From Candidatus Micrarchaeota archaeon (GTDB lineage Archaea; Micrarchaeota; Micrarchaeia; Anstonellales; Bilamarchaeaceae), in contig JBBSVN010000007.1 in the NCBI GenBank assembly GCA_038046765.1, positions 48,989 through 112,988 of the forward strand: 64,000 nucleotides of DNA. Direction: 5' to 3'. The translations under genes were made by a program, and so were the position numbers. The notes below the pieces were generated by a model. That model saw only the letters and a list, made by a program, of their open reading frames with translations, had not been told where the DNA came from and did not search any database. Shown here in pieces: positions 28,646 to 38,500 of this stretch (within the stretch, counting starts at the first letter, position 1; each line of letters begins with the position of its first letter).

Positions 28646-29743
28646 GTGGTTTTCATGTCAAACAATCTTAAAGCAGTCTTAGTTCTGAAAAATGGTTCGA
28701 TATTTTACGGCAATGGATTTGGAGTAGTTGCACAAAAGACGGGCGAGTTAGTTTTCAATACTTCAATGGTTGGTTATCAGGAAGCACTAACCGATCCAAG
28801 TTATGCTGGTCAAATCTTACTTATGACCTATCCTCTAGTTGGCAATTACGGGACTAATGAAACTGATTTTGAAAGCGATAAGGTTCATTTAGAAGGATTT
28901 GTTTTAAGAGAAGATGATGAAGTTACTTATCATAGAAAGACAACAAAAACCTTGGATACATTTCTAAAAGAAAACAACACTCCAGGTATAAGCGGAATTG
29001 ATACCCGCGCTATCGTAAGACAAGTTCGAAGCGAAGGAGTTATGCCAGCTATAATTAAGACATACCAAAGCAACGAGACGGTTGACGTAAAAAAATTAAT
29101 TGAAGAGCTTAATTTTAATTATTCTGCTGTTAATTTTGTTGAAAAAGTTTCGATAAAAGAGCCAAAGGTTTATGGTAAAGAAAGCGACCGGACGGTTGTA
29201 CTAATTGATTATGGCGCGAAACTAAATATTATACGGGAACTAGTTAAGCGGAATCTGAAAGTAATTGTTGTTCCTCATAATACTTCTTTTGAAAAAATCT
29301 GCGCTTATACTCCATTGGGTGTTTTCCTTTCTAATGGCCCAGGAGACCCTAAAATGCTTACTAACGAGCATGCAGTTATAAGAAAACTAATTGAAAATAA
29401 CTATCCAATTATGGGAATTTGTCTTGGTCATCAATTAATCGGGCATGCGCTTGGGGGCACAACTTATAAAATGAAATTTGGGCACCGTGGGAGCAATCAA
29501 CCTGTACTTGATAAAATAAGAAACAAGGTCGTAATGACAACACAAAATCATGGTTATGCCGTTGATAATACGAAAATTCCGGATGATCTTGAGCTTACGC
29601 ATGTTAACATAAACGACGGAACAAATGAGGGTATGCGACACAAATCTAAAAAAGTATTTAGTGTGCAGTATCATCCTGAAGCATGCCCCGGGCCAAATGA
29701 TTCAAAATATTTATTTGACGATTTTGTTAAGAATTTGCTCTAG
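28646..29743 (+). CDS. carA: carbamoyl-phosphate synthase small subunit
   Basis: GELVFNTSMVGYQE.LTDPSY, LSNGPGDP, GICLGHQ, QNHG and QYHPEA motifs. Confidence 0.96.
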   Translation: MVFMSNNLKAVLVLKNGSIFYGNGFGVVAQKTGELVFNTSMVGYQEALTDPSYAGQILLMTYPLVGNYGTNETDFESDKVHLEGFVLREDDEVTYHRKTTKTLDTFLKENNTPGISGIDTRAIVRQVRSEGVMPAIIKTYQSNETVDVKKLIEELNFNYSAVNFVEKVSIKEPKVYGKESDRTVVLIDYGAKLNIIRELVKRNLKVIVVPHNTSFEKICAYTPLGVFLSNGPGDPKMLTNEHAVIRKLIENNYPIMGICLGHQLIGHALGGTTYKMKFGHRGSNQPVLDKIRNKVVMTTQNHGYAVDNTKIPDDLELTHVNINDGTNEGMRHKSKKVFSVQYHPEACPGPNDSKYLFDDFVKNLL

Positions 29744-29760
29744 AAAATAATTGTATTTAG

Positions 29761-31485
29761 TTATTTAATAAACTCCCGATACCACTTCTCAAGTAAAAAT
29801 AAGCTCCATAATTGATACGCTTTTTTACTTGGTCTAAATCCTTTAAACTCTGCTAATTCTTTGCAAATACTTAGGTCAAGTCCTACTTCTTTTAGCATTG
29901 GTTTTTCCAAATAATTCATTGCATAATTTAGAATATCCTTATTCTTAAACCAGAAAATAGGAGACGCACCAAATCCTTTCTTTGCCCTTGTCTTTGTTAT
30001 TTTAGGGACAAGATATTTTACTGCTTGTCGTAAAACGTACTTTCCAGTAAATCCATTTAGTTTTTGATCTAGTGGAATAGTCTTAGCAAATTGTATTACG
30101 CTATTATCTAAAAACGGAACCCGTCCTTCAACTGAAGCGCCAAGAGTTGCTTTGTCTGCTTTGTTTAGAAGTTGATGTGGCAAGAATTCATTAAACTCGA
30201 AATTCATTACATTTTCAAGTGCATTGCCCTGTACTTTTTTGTAGCCATCTAAAACCTGGTCAGCATAAGAACTATTAAATCCGCCTATCCTAGTTCGCAA
30301 AGAATTTGGAAACATTCGAATAAATTGTTCATATAAAAGGAAGCGTGCAAATTTCGGAATTGGAAGCGAATTAGAAAATGGTCTGTAACGCTCGTAACCA
30401 GCAAATAATTCATCGCTACCTTCTCCAGATAAAACTACTTTAACGTGTTTACGTGCAAGACTCGAAACCAGATAAACAGGAAGACATGCACTATCCCAAG
30501 TTAAATCATCATAATGATGCACTAGTTCGTCAATTTGCTTTGGGATATCCTCTGGTACAATCATTATTTCATGGTGGTTCGTTTCGAAATAATCCGAAAC
30601 GATTTTAGCATACTTTAATTCATCGCTCTCTTGTCCAAAACCAACTGTAAATGTTTCAATTGGTTTTTCGTTTTTAGTTTCCTTGTTAATTTCTGCCATG
30701 AGTCCAACAATTGTGCTTGAATCAATTCCTCCAGAAAGGAATGCCCCTAGTGGAACATCGCTCATTAATTGTGCGCGTACGGAATCTTTTAGTACAGAAT
30801 ATAAGTTTGCGTTTTGCGGAAGTTTTACTTTTTCAGGTGTGAATTTAGTTATTTCTAGTCTCTTGCCATCAAAGGTCAGGGTGTGTGAGGGAAGCAGCTT
30901 TTTTATTCCCTTAAACAATGTTTTATCTCCTAAAACTGTTCCAAAAGTTAGGTATGACGAAAGCGCTTCTCTATCTACTTCTGCCATTATTTCACCGCTT
31001 TCTAGTATGCATTTAATTTCCGAACCGTAAATAAGTTTTCCATTAACAAATGCATAGTAAATCGGCTTTATTCCAATGCTATCTCGAGCTAAAACAAGTT
31101 TTTTCTTTTGCGTGTCATAGATAGAAATTGCGAACATTCCATTTAGTTTTGTGAATGCGGTCATGCCACAGTCTTCGTAAGCATGCAAAATCGTTTCAGT
31201 ATCGCTTGAAGTAGAAAATTTGTGGCCTTTTTTTATTAATTCTTCCTTCAAGGAAAGGTAGTTATATATTTCTCCGTTAAAAGTAATTGCGATATTTTTA
31301 TCTTCGTTCCAAATAGGTTGGTCACCGGTTGACAAGTCTATTATACTAAGCCTTCTAAATCCAATGGAAATTTTGTCATCTACTAAATAGCCATCGCTAT
31401 CTGGACCACGATAAGAAATCTTATCTGTCATCTTTCTTATCAAGCTTTTATCAGCTAGACCGTAGATACCAGTAATGCCGCACAT
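29761..31485 (-). CDS. asnB: asparagine synthase-like glutamine amidotransferase (probably sugar amidating)
   Basis: MCGI, RGPD, RRLSIIDL, NGEIYN, LSGGIDSS and SGEGSDELFAGY motifs. Confidence 0.88.
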   Translation of the reverse strand: MCGITGIYGLADKSLIRKMTDKISYRGPDSDGYLVDDKISIGFRRLSIIDLSTGDQPIWNEDKNIAITFNGEIYNYLSLKEELIKKGHKFSTSSDTETILHAYEDCGMTAFTKLNGMFAISIYDTQKKKLVLARDSIGIKPIYYAFVNGKLIYGSEIKCILESGEIMAEVDREALSSYLTFGTVLGDKTLFKGIKKLLPSHTLTFDGKRLEITKFTPEKVKLPQNANLYSVLKDSVRAQLMSDVPLGAFLSGGIDSSTIVGLMAEINKETKNEKPIETFTVGFGQESDELKYAKIVSDYFETNHHEIMIVPEDIPKQIDELVHHYDDLTWDSACLPVYLVSSLARKHVKVVLSGEGSDELFAGYERYRPFSNSLPIPKFARFLLYEQFIRMFPNSLRTRIGGFNSSYADQVLDGYKKVQGNALENVMNFEFNEFLPHQLLNKADKATLGASVEGRVPFLDNSVIQFAKTIPLDQKLNGFTGKYVLRQAVKYLVPKITKTRAKKGFGASPIFWFKNKDILNYAMNYLEKPMLKEVGLDLSICKELAEFKGFRPSKKAYQLWSLFLLEKWYREFIK

Positions 31486-31609
31486 AAACTAAATAGGGAA
31501 AAAAAGAACTATAAATAGATATTGCAATCGCTTAAATGATTATATAATGATCAAAATTTCATTTATCTATCTTTAAAAACTGCTTGTAGCTTAATTTTTT
31601 ATTGATTAA

Positions 31610-32077
31610 ATGTCTCATAAAACAATAATTTATGACTCAGTTAGTTCTCGATTGCGAGTTCAAACAATGCCCGATACAAAAGTAACTGATCGGCTTAGGA
31701 ATTTTAGAAATCGTTTTTCTGGTAAAATCGATCAATCAAAAGAAGGTCCACATCATTCCTTTGAATTTTTAGGTAATCTCTTTTTGTTACTGCGATCTGA
31801 AACTACCGAAGCTTACGCTTTAGTACAAAGATTTAAGTTTGATGATAATGGTGTTATCGTGCTATGTAATGCAAATATTTTTGAAGTGATTTTGCCAAAA
31901 TATCCTCCCCATAGAATAGTAAACGATGGCATTTTGCATATAAAACTTCAAGAAATTGATTTAAGTGACCTTGTAATGTGTTTTGTTGACCGAGTAATTG
32001 CTAATTTAGATTCGAATCCCGAGTTTGAAAGATTCTTTAGAACACATCCGGGGATTTTAGAAAAGATGGGTGTCTAA
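31610..32077 (+). CDS. hypothetical protein
   Basis: ATG ORF filling the gap with a TATA-like sequence upstream; no motif recognised. Confidence 0.6.
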   Translation: MSHKTIIYDSVSSRLRVQTMPDTKVTDRLRNFRNRFSGKIDQSKEGPHHSFEFLGNLFLLLRSETTEAYALVQRFKFDDNGVIVLCNANIFEVILPKYPPHRIVNDGILHIKLQEIDLSDLVMCFVDRVIANLDSNPEFERFFRTHPGILEKMGV

Positions 32078-32132
32078 TTAGCGGATACATTACCAAGATA
32101 ACATTTTAAATGCAAAAGTGAGAACTAATCTT

Positions 32133-33263
32133 ATGCGTATTTGTTTTGTTGACTTATTCATGGATTTAGAATGTAGCGGAGGCAGTATGCACAGTCTTGA
32201 CCTATACGCTACAAAACTAGCCGAGCGCGGGCATGAAGTTTCTATACTAACATTTTATCCAAAGCGTAATATCGGTTTTGATCGAACAAAAAAACCATAT
32301 AAAATAATTGAAGATCCTTTAGATATCAAAAGTCATATTGATTTAACACTTACGCTAAAGGATAAATTAAAAAAATACGAAAAAAAGTTTGACATTTACC
32401 ATATGCATGATCCAAGGTTGCTTCTTGGTGCAGCACTATATAGAAAGTTTGATGGCAAAATACCTGTTGTAGGGGATCTAAATACATACCTATTTTACCG
32501 AAAGAATTTTGGAGCTACAGATATAATTACCCTTCCAATAAGATTTCTACATAAACAGCGATTACGCTTAATCGATAAATATTGTGATTTACTATTCCCC
32601 GTTAGCCCCTATGTTGAAAATATCTATCGTGAGTATGGGATACGAAAAGAAAAACTTTTCATGATTGGGGACGGGTTTGATTTTAGTAAGTCTAAACTAG
32701 CCAAGCGATCGGACAAAAAAGAAAATTCATTTCGTTTACTATATTTAGGTCGGCTTGAGCATACTAAAGGAGTTGATCTAATTATAAGGGCGTTGTCCTT
32801 AGTAAACAAGCCATTAATTAGTCTGGATATTGCTGGAGATGGTCCTGAAAAAGAAAAATTAGTTGAATTAGCTAAAAAACTTGGGATAGAAAAACAGGTA
32901 ACATTCCATGGATTTATAACCAATGAAAAAATGTACAATTTATTTGCAAAATGCGATGTTTTTATTCATGCTCCCCGATGGGAAGAGGCATTTGGACGGG
33001 CAATAGTTGATGCCATGTATGCTGGTTTACCTGTAATTGTTGCGGATATTGGCGGGTGTCCCTGGGTAGCTGGCGAAGGCGGGTTAAAATTTAAAAGCGA
33101 GGATGAACTTGAACTAGCTAAGAAGATTGACTTACTTTATTTTGACATTAAACTTAGGGAAAAGTTATCTGAAGCTGGTATCGAGCGTGCAAAATATTTC
33201 GATGTTAAAAATACAATTGATAAATTTGAAGAAGCTTATAATAAGCTAGCTGGTGGCAAGTAG
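32133..33263 (+). CDS. GT4 glycosyltransferase
   Basis: LGRLEHTKG, IAGDGPE and EAFGRAIVDAM..G motifs. Confidence 0.9.
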   Translation: MRICFVDLFMDLECSGGSMHSLDLYATKLAERGHEVSILTFYPKRNIGFDRTKKPYKIIEDPLDIKSHIDLTLTLKDKLKKYEKKFDIYHMHDPRLLLGAALYRKFDGKIPVVGDLNTYLFYRKNFGATDIITLPIRFLHKQRLRLIDKYCDLLFPVSPYVENIYREYGIRKEKLFMIGDGFDFSKSKLAKRSDKKENSFRLLYLGRLEHTKGVDLIIRALSLVNKPLISLDIAGDGPEKEKLVELAKKLGIEKQVTFHGFITNEKMYNLFAKCDVFIHAPRWEEAFGRAIVDAMYAGLPVIVADIGGCPWVAGEGGLKFKSEDELELAKKIDLLYFDIKLREKLSEAGIERAKYFDVKNTIDKFEEAYNKLAGGK

Positions 33264-33415
33264 TAAGTAGCTTGTAACTATGAATTATGTTTGCTATCCA
33301 AAATAACAAACTCCAACAAACTCGCACTAACGAATTGGATGGCGAACGAAAGCTCCTAAGGAATTAATTTGCGTAATTTAGTTGGAATGGTATAGTTACC
33401 ACGGTCACTTGCTAC
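33253..33415 (+). ncRNA. candidate structured RNA A (unknown family)
   Basis: Nested stems GUGGCAAGU/ACUUGCUAC, GUAACUAU/AUAGUUAC and GUUUGCUAUCCAA/UUGGAUGGCGAAC with G-U pairs on the + strand. Confidence 0.45.
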
Positions 33416-33571
33416 GGACTAATTTTAATCAACCTCTATATCAAAAATTATATGGATAGTTAATCGCAAACGCATTTTATGCTTAGTTTAGTGGTAAAAG
33501 AAGGGTTTATATATTGTTTTAACCACTATATTATCACTATCTAATTACTCATTTAACTTTGGTGATCCTTA

Positions 33572-34912
33572 ATGACAAATTTAAAAGGTAAAAAACTTGT
33601 TTTCGCAGCATCTATGAATGGCGGAGCTGCTGCATTAGCTCCAGTTATAAGAAATTTACACACTAATCATGTTGGCGTAAGTACTCTTTCTTCTGATGCG
33701 GTTTCTAAAACTTTTGATAGTGCAGGGGTAAAACATGAGGTATTACCAAACAGTATATCTGATGCTAGCCTTAGAACTGCAGTTTTGAATGCTGATCCAG
33801 ATATCATAGTTACAGGAACTCAAATTCAGAGCAAAGCAAGTCCATTAACTTTAGAACAAAGATTATGGAAAATAACACATGATTTAGGTATCCCATCAGT
33901 TGCTCTTTTGGATGCTCGCTCAAATACCGTAGCACGATTTAGTGAATTGGACACCTCCACAGATGCAGAAGTTGGCCCTATCCTAAGGCAAGTGGTACTA
34001 CTTCCTACCTCTATTGCGGTTTTAGATGAAGTACAAAAGCAAAGTATGGTTGCCCAAGGCTTTGATGCAAGTATGCTAATAGTAACAGGAAGTCCTGATT
34101 TAGAAACAACATTTGAAACTGTGATGAAATTAAGTCCTGCAACAAGGCAAGAGTTATTATCAAAACCTGTTTTTGCTAGTTTCAATAAAGACCCTAATGC
34201 AAAATTCGTAGTTTTACTTAGTGATTCTTTTGATAAAGCAACATGGGGATTTGATGAAAAAGGCGTTATGGAAGATGTTTTGAAAGCACTCGCTTTAGCA
34301 TCGGTTTCGATAGGTAAAATAAACCTTCTAGTTCGTCCTCATCCTTTTAGGAGTCAGGATGCAAAAGCTGCTTTTGATTCCATAGATACAAACACAACTT
34401 TAAATGGTTCATCAAGGTTAGCAAAAGTATTACACAATCCAGTAAGCGCACGTGGAAGCGATCCAGCAAATGATTATGATTTAGATTCTCTTTTGTACTT
34501 TGCTGATGTTGTTATTGGAACATGCAATAATCCACTAGTTAATGCTGCAATCGCAAGAACTGCAAAACGAACTAAGAACCTTGACGCACTATTGCTTTTT
34601 GATCAAGAACATCCGCCATTAAAGTTTGTTGATAAATCAGGTTCACTCTCATTTCCAGCCATACCTGCTTTAGCCAAAGAAACTCCATTAGTAATTCAGT
34701 ATATGCCTGGTTTAAAACCTGAAAAAGAAGGAGATGAAAGTCAGGCGTTTTTAGCTGAATTAGGTGCTGCCGCAAGAATGGTAACAAAAGATCAAGGTCT
34801 TTTTACCAGACTAATCATAGGTGCGTTTGATGGAAGTTTAGTCCAAAAACCATATCAGGCCGCAGTCGGAGCAACACAAAGGGTAATTAGTTTAATTGAA
34901 TCCCTCGTTTAA
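33572..34912 (+). CDS. GT-B-fold protein of nonulosonate-type clusters (transferase or NDP-sugar hydrolase)
   Basis: GGAAALAPV, PDIIVTGT, GIPSVALLD, LP.SIAVLDE, VTGSP and VRPHP motifs. Confidence 0.55.
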   Translation: MTNLKGKKLVFAASMNGGAAALAPVIRNLHTNHVGVSTLSSDAVSKTFDSAGVKHEVLPNSISDASLRTAVLNADPDIIVTGTQIQSKASPLTLEQRLWKITHDLGIPSVALLDARSNTVARFSELDTSTDAEVGPILRQVVLLPTSIAVLDEVQKQSMVAQGFDASMLIVTGSPDLETTFETVMKLSPATRQELLSKPVFASFNKDPNAKFVVLLSDSFDKATWGFDEKGVMEDVLKALALASVSIGKINLLVRPHPFRSQDAKAAFDSIDTNTTLNGSSRLAKVLHNPVSARGSDPANDYDLDSLLYFADVVIGTCNNPLVNAAIARTAKRTKNLDALLLFDQEHPPLKFVDKSGSLSFPAIPALAKETPLVIQYMPGLKPEKEGDESQAFLAELGAAARMVTKDQGLFTRLIIGAFDGSLVQKPYQAAVGATQRVISLIESLV

Positions 34913-34991
34913 TCCATTCTTTAGTTTTTCCTTCTATTTTTTAAATTCTTAGTTAGAAGAAATATGTCTATATATAATTTGGTGCTTACTT

Positions 34992-36485
34992 ATGAAAAAA
35001 ATATTTTTCTTCTTTAACTGGGAGTTTACTCATCTATGTCATGCCTTTGCAATACAGCTAAATAATACTTATTCAGGGAAGTTTGAATTTTGCGGATTTG
35101 TCGCCCAAAAGAAAGACTTAGATTTTCTTAATTCTCAAAACGAGGTAAAATATTCCAGTCTTGGATCTGTTCCTGATGCATTTGCAAAATATAAAAGCGA
35201 AGTTGTGGATGAAAAATATATCGAAGAACTAGAAAAGAAATATGGTATGCCAAATTTATGGCCATTTATATATGCTGATCGAGATTTAGTTTTATACAAT
35301 AAAAATTCTAAATATTCTAATGATGACTACCTTAAGATTACCCAAGCATACTTTAGATACATAGAGAAAATGCTCTCTGAAGCGAAGCCAGATTGCGTTG
35401 TAATTGATGTTGTTGCTTCAATGCCTTGCCACGTATTATTTTGGGTTGCTAAAAAAATGGGCATAAAAGTTCTTTTATTTAATTCAACAAGAACAGCCAG
35501 TTGGATAACTTTTGCAGAAACTCCTTTTGATGAGATTCAAAATTCATACGACAAATTTGATGAACTTCGGGCAAAAAAATCATTTGGTGAAAATGAAAAT
35601 AAAGCAAGGGATTTTATAACTCAATTTAGAGAAACAGGAGTTAAACCAGAATATTTGACAGCCACGCAAAAAGGTATCAAATCCAATTCGTCTGTTTTTT
35701 CCCAATTATCTAAAATTGCAAGGGTACCAGAATATTTATTTCAGTATTATTTTGGAAGATATAAAGATGATCCAGCTTTTAAGGGCAGGGATCTAACAAA
35801 AGTAATGCAGGATAAAATCACAAACAAATTTAGAAAAATATATCTAGAGCGCTCGGAAATCTTCAAACAGCCAAACTATGAAGAAAAATATGTTTTTTTT
35901 CCGCTTCACTACGAGCCTGAAACTGCTACTATGATCATGGCTCCAATGTATATTGATCAGATTGCAGTAATTGAAAATATTTCCAAAAGCCTGCCACTAA
36001 ATTACAAACTATATGTTAAAGAACATCCGGTCATGGCTGCCCTTGGTATGCGGGATTTCTCTTATTACGAGCGCTTAATGAAAATTCCGAACATCGTTCT
36101 AATCGACCCAAGAATAAACTCAAAAGAACTTATAAAAAGTTGCAAGATTCTAATCACGATAACTGGTACGGCGGGATGGGAAGCAATCCTGTTCAAAAAA
36201 CCAGCAATAACTCTTGGAAGTGTTTTCTATAATAAAATGGAAATGGTCAAAAAATGTAAAAGCTACAATGACCTACCTTATCTGGTAAAAGACGTCCTAG
36301 AAAATTACAAACACGATGAGGATGAGCTTATAACTTTTCTATCCGCAATTTTTGAAACCTCATTTAGCGCCAGGTTCTATGAAATGAATGGGCAAGCTTA
36401 TGTTGTTGATTATAAAGACATTTTAAAGCATCCTGATTTTCCAATTGTCTTTGATTTCTTCTTTAGGCATTTGCCTACTAAATAA
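34992..36485 (+). CDS. capsule polysaccharide biosynthesis (KpsS/PF05159-like) ulosonic-acid transferase
   Basis: FFPLHYEPE, LYVKEHP and TITGTAGWEA motifs. Confidence 0.78.
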   Translation: MKKIFFFFNWEFTHLCHAFAIQLNNTYSGKFEFCGFVAQKKDLDFLNSQNEVKYSSLGSVPDAFAKYKSEVVDEKYIEELEKKYGMPNLWPFIYADRDLVLYNKNSKYSNDDYLKITQAYFRYIEKMLSEAKPDCVVIDVVASMPCHVLFWVAKKMGIKVLLFNSTRTASWITFAETPFDEIQNSYDKFDELRAKKSFGENENKARDFITQFRETGVKPEYLTATQKGIKSNSSVFSQLSKIARVPEYLFQYYFGRYKDDPAFKGRDLTKVMQDKITNKFRKIYLERSEIFKQPNYEEKYVFFPLHYEPETATMIMAPMYIDQIAVIENISKSLPLNYKLYVKEHPVMAALGMRDFSYYERLMKIPNIVLIDPRINSKELIKSCKILITITGTAGWEAILFKKPAITLGSVFYNKMEMVKKCKSYNDLPYLVKDVLENYKHDEDELITFLSAIFETSFSARFYEMNGQAYVVDYKDILKHPDFPIVFDFFFRHLPTK

Positions 36486-36520
36486 AAATGCTTCTATAAA
36501 CAATAATATACAGTGATTTT

Positions 36521-37549
36521 GTGGTAAATGATTCGATATTCAAAGGTAAAACGATTCTGATTACGGGCGGGACTGGAAGTGTCGGCTCAGCACTAGTTAA
36601 AGAACTACTAAAGCACGAGCCATCTGCTATTCGGATTTTTGATCAGGATGAAACAAAACAGTTTGAAATGATGCATAAATTAAACCGTGATGATGTTTTG
36701 CGTTTTTTCCTTGGTGATGTTCGGGATAAAGATCGTTTATTAAGAGCGTTTAGTCACGTGGATATCGTATTTCACTGTGCAGCCTTAAAACATGTCCAAT
36801 CGTCAGAATATAATCCTTTTGAAACTGTCAAAACAAATGTTCTTGGGACACAAAATGTTGTTGATGCTGCGCTCGATACGAATGTGCAAAAAGTCATTTT
36901 AACAAGCAGCGATAAGGCAGTTAATCCAACAAATGTTATGGGTGCCAGTAAGCTCTTATCGGAAAGACTTATCACATCTGCTAATTATTACAAAGGAGCG
37001 CGAAAAACCGTTCTTTCAAGCGTAAGGTTTGGAAATGTCTTAGGTTCACGCGGTTCAGTGATGCCTCTGTTTAAAAAACAGATAAAAAAAGGGGGTCCAC
37101 TTACAGTAACCAATTCAGATATGACTCGTTTTGTAATGACTCCCGAGCATACAGTTAAACTCTTATTTAAAGCAACAGAAATCGCGCAGGGCGGGGAAAT
37201 ATTTGTTCTTAAAATGCCTGTTTTAAAAGTTGGCGATTTAGCTGATTCGATGATTGAAAAATACTCTAAAGGTAAACCAATCGCGAAAAAAATGATTGGA
37301 ACTCTTCCCGGAGAGAAGATGTATGAAGAATTAATGACTGATCATGAATCAAAACACGCATTAGAGTCTGAGGATATGTTTATCATTCTCCCAGAGATGC
37401 GGGATTACGTCTCATTTCTTAAGGAAAATAAATATGGTGCCAAAGCGACAAATGCAAAATCATATTCTTCAAATGATGTTAAACTTTTGTCCAAGCCTGA
37501 AATTAAAAAAATGCTTGAAGAAGTAGAATCCTATTATAAGAGAAAATAA
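36521..37549 (+). CDS. UDP-GlcNAc 4,6-dehydratase (PseB/CapD family)
   Basis: GGTGSVG, AALKHV..EYNPFE, SSDKAVNPTNVMGASK, RFGNVLGSRGSV and GEKMYEE motifs. Confidence 0.9.
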   Translation: MVNDSIFKGKTILITGGTGSVGSALVKELLKHEPSAIRIFDQDETKQFEMMHKLNRDDVLRFFLGDVRDKDRLLRAFSHVDIVFHCAALKHVQSSEYNPFETVKTNVLGTQNVVDAALDTNVQKVILTSSDKAVNPTNVMGASKLLSERLITSANYYKGARKTVLSSVRFGNVLGSRGSVMPLFKKQIKKGGPLTVTNSDMTRFVMTPEHTVKLLFKATEIAQGGEIFVLKMPVLKVGDLADSMIEKYSKGKPIAKKMIGTLPGEKMYEELMTDHESKHALESEDMFIILPEMRDYVSFLKENKYGAKATNAKSYSSNDVKLLSKPEIKKMLEEVESYYKRK

Positions 37550-37565
37550 GAAAAGTGGCAAACCT

Positions 37566-37871
37566 ATGGCACTAATTGCTAAAGCACAAATTCTAGAAAA
37601 ACTTAAAGAAGTTATAGATCCAGAACTAAACATAAATATTGTTGACTTAGGGCTTGTTTACGATGTCTGGGTAGAAAGCGAAAAAATTGTCCATATCAAG
37701 GTAACTATGACTACTCCCATGTGCCCCATGCTAGGAGAAATACTAGAAGAAATAAAACAAAAATTATCTATTTTTAAGTTCGAGGAAATTGACACAGTAG
37801 TAGTCTGGGATCCCCCATGGACCCCGGAAAAAATGAGCGAAGAAGCAAAGGCGATGGTTGGGATATTCTAG
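37566..37871 (+). CDS. DUF59/SufT Fe-S cluster assembly factor
   Basis: VIDPELNINIVDLGLVY, TTPMCP and VWDPPWT motifs. Confidence 0.9.
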   Translation: MALIAKAQILEKLKEVIDPELNINIVDLGLVYDVWVESEKIVHIKVTMTTPMCPMLGEILEEIKQKLSIFKFEEIDTVVVWDPPWTPEKMSEEAKAMVGIF

Positions 37872-37894
37872 GCTTGTACTATATTATCCCTTTT

Positions 37895-38395
37895 TTATCT
37901 TTCTATTAGCCTAAGCATATCATATTCTTCAAACTTATAACTATTTACGGTTAATGAGGCATCCCAAGCGCTTATTAATTTTCCAAATTTGTTTCGAATA
38001 TCGCTTGTTATCTTTCCTAGTTCTATCGCATCACGTGAGATTAGTACAACTGTAAGATCGTACGCACCTGAAAGCGAAAGTATCTCAACAATATGGGGAT
38101 GATTCTTCAGGTACGCGATAAATCTGTCCATTTCTTTTTCATCAGCATACTGCAGTTTAATTTTTACTTCAACTACGTTAGCAAAACCAAAATTTCTTGG
38201 ACGCAGCTGGATTTTTGGATAGAATACTTTATTTGCAATCATTTTGTCCATGCGTTTTTTTACAGAATCAATCGAAAGTCCAACTTCATTCGCAATTTTT
38301 GTAAGTGGTATACGACAGTTCTTTTGCAACAAATCTAATATTTTACAATCTTTTTCATCTATTAAATATGTACTTATTTTGGTTTTTTCGTTCAT
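37895..38395 (-). CDS. Lrp/AsnC-family transcriptional regulator
   Basis: IDEKDCKILDLLQKNCRIPLTKIA..VGLS HTH; SGAYD in the RAM domain. Confidence 0.9.
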   Translation of the reverse strand: MNEKTKISTYLIDEKDCKILDLLQKNCRIPLTKIANEVGLSIDSVKKRMDKMIANKVFYPKIQLRPRNFGFANVVEVKIKLQYADEKEMDRFIAYLKNHPHIVEILSLSGAYDLTVVLISRDAIELGKITSDIRNKFGKLISAWDASLTVNSYKFEEYDMLRLIER

Positions 38396-38429
38396 ATGAC
38401 CTAAAAAACAGAGTAAATATTAAAATCTA

Positions 38430-38444
38430 TCTTAAAATTTAAGA
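38430..38444. promoter_or_regulatory. 15-bp palindrome, candidate Lrp operator
   Basis: TCTTAAA-A-TTTAAGA lies between the divergent lrp and amidotransferase promoters. Confidence 0.4.
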
Positions 38445-38500
38445 CAAAAATAGCATATACTATATAAATATCCTAAGATAAATCGTATTAAGGTGAAAAT

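Noticed and set aside
33261..33360. Stop-codon readthrough (PYLIS-like) or 23S rRNA fragment
   Set aside because: TAG is immediately followed by TAA, and the GTAACTATGA/CCTAAGG resemblance to 23S is short and discontinuous.
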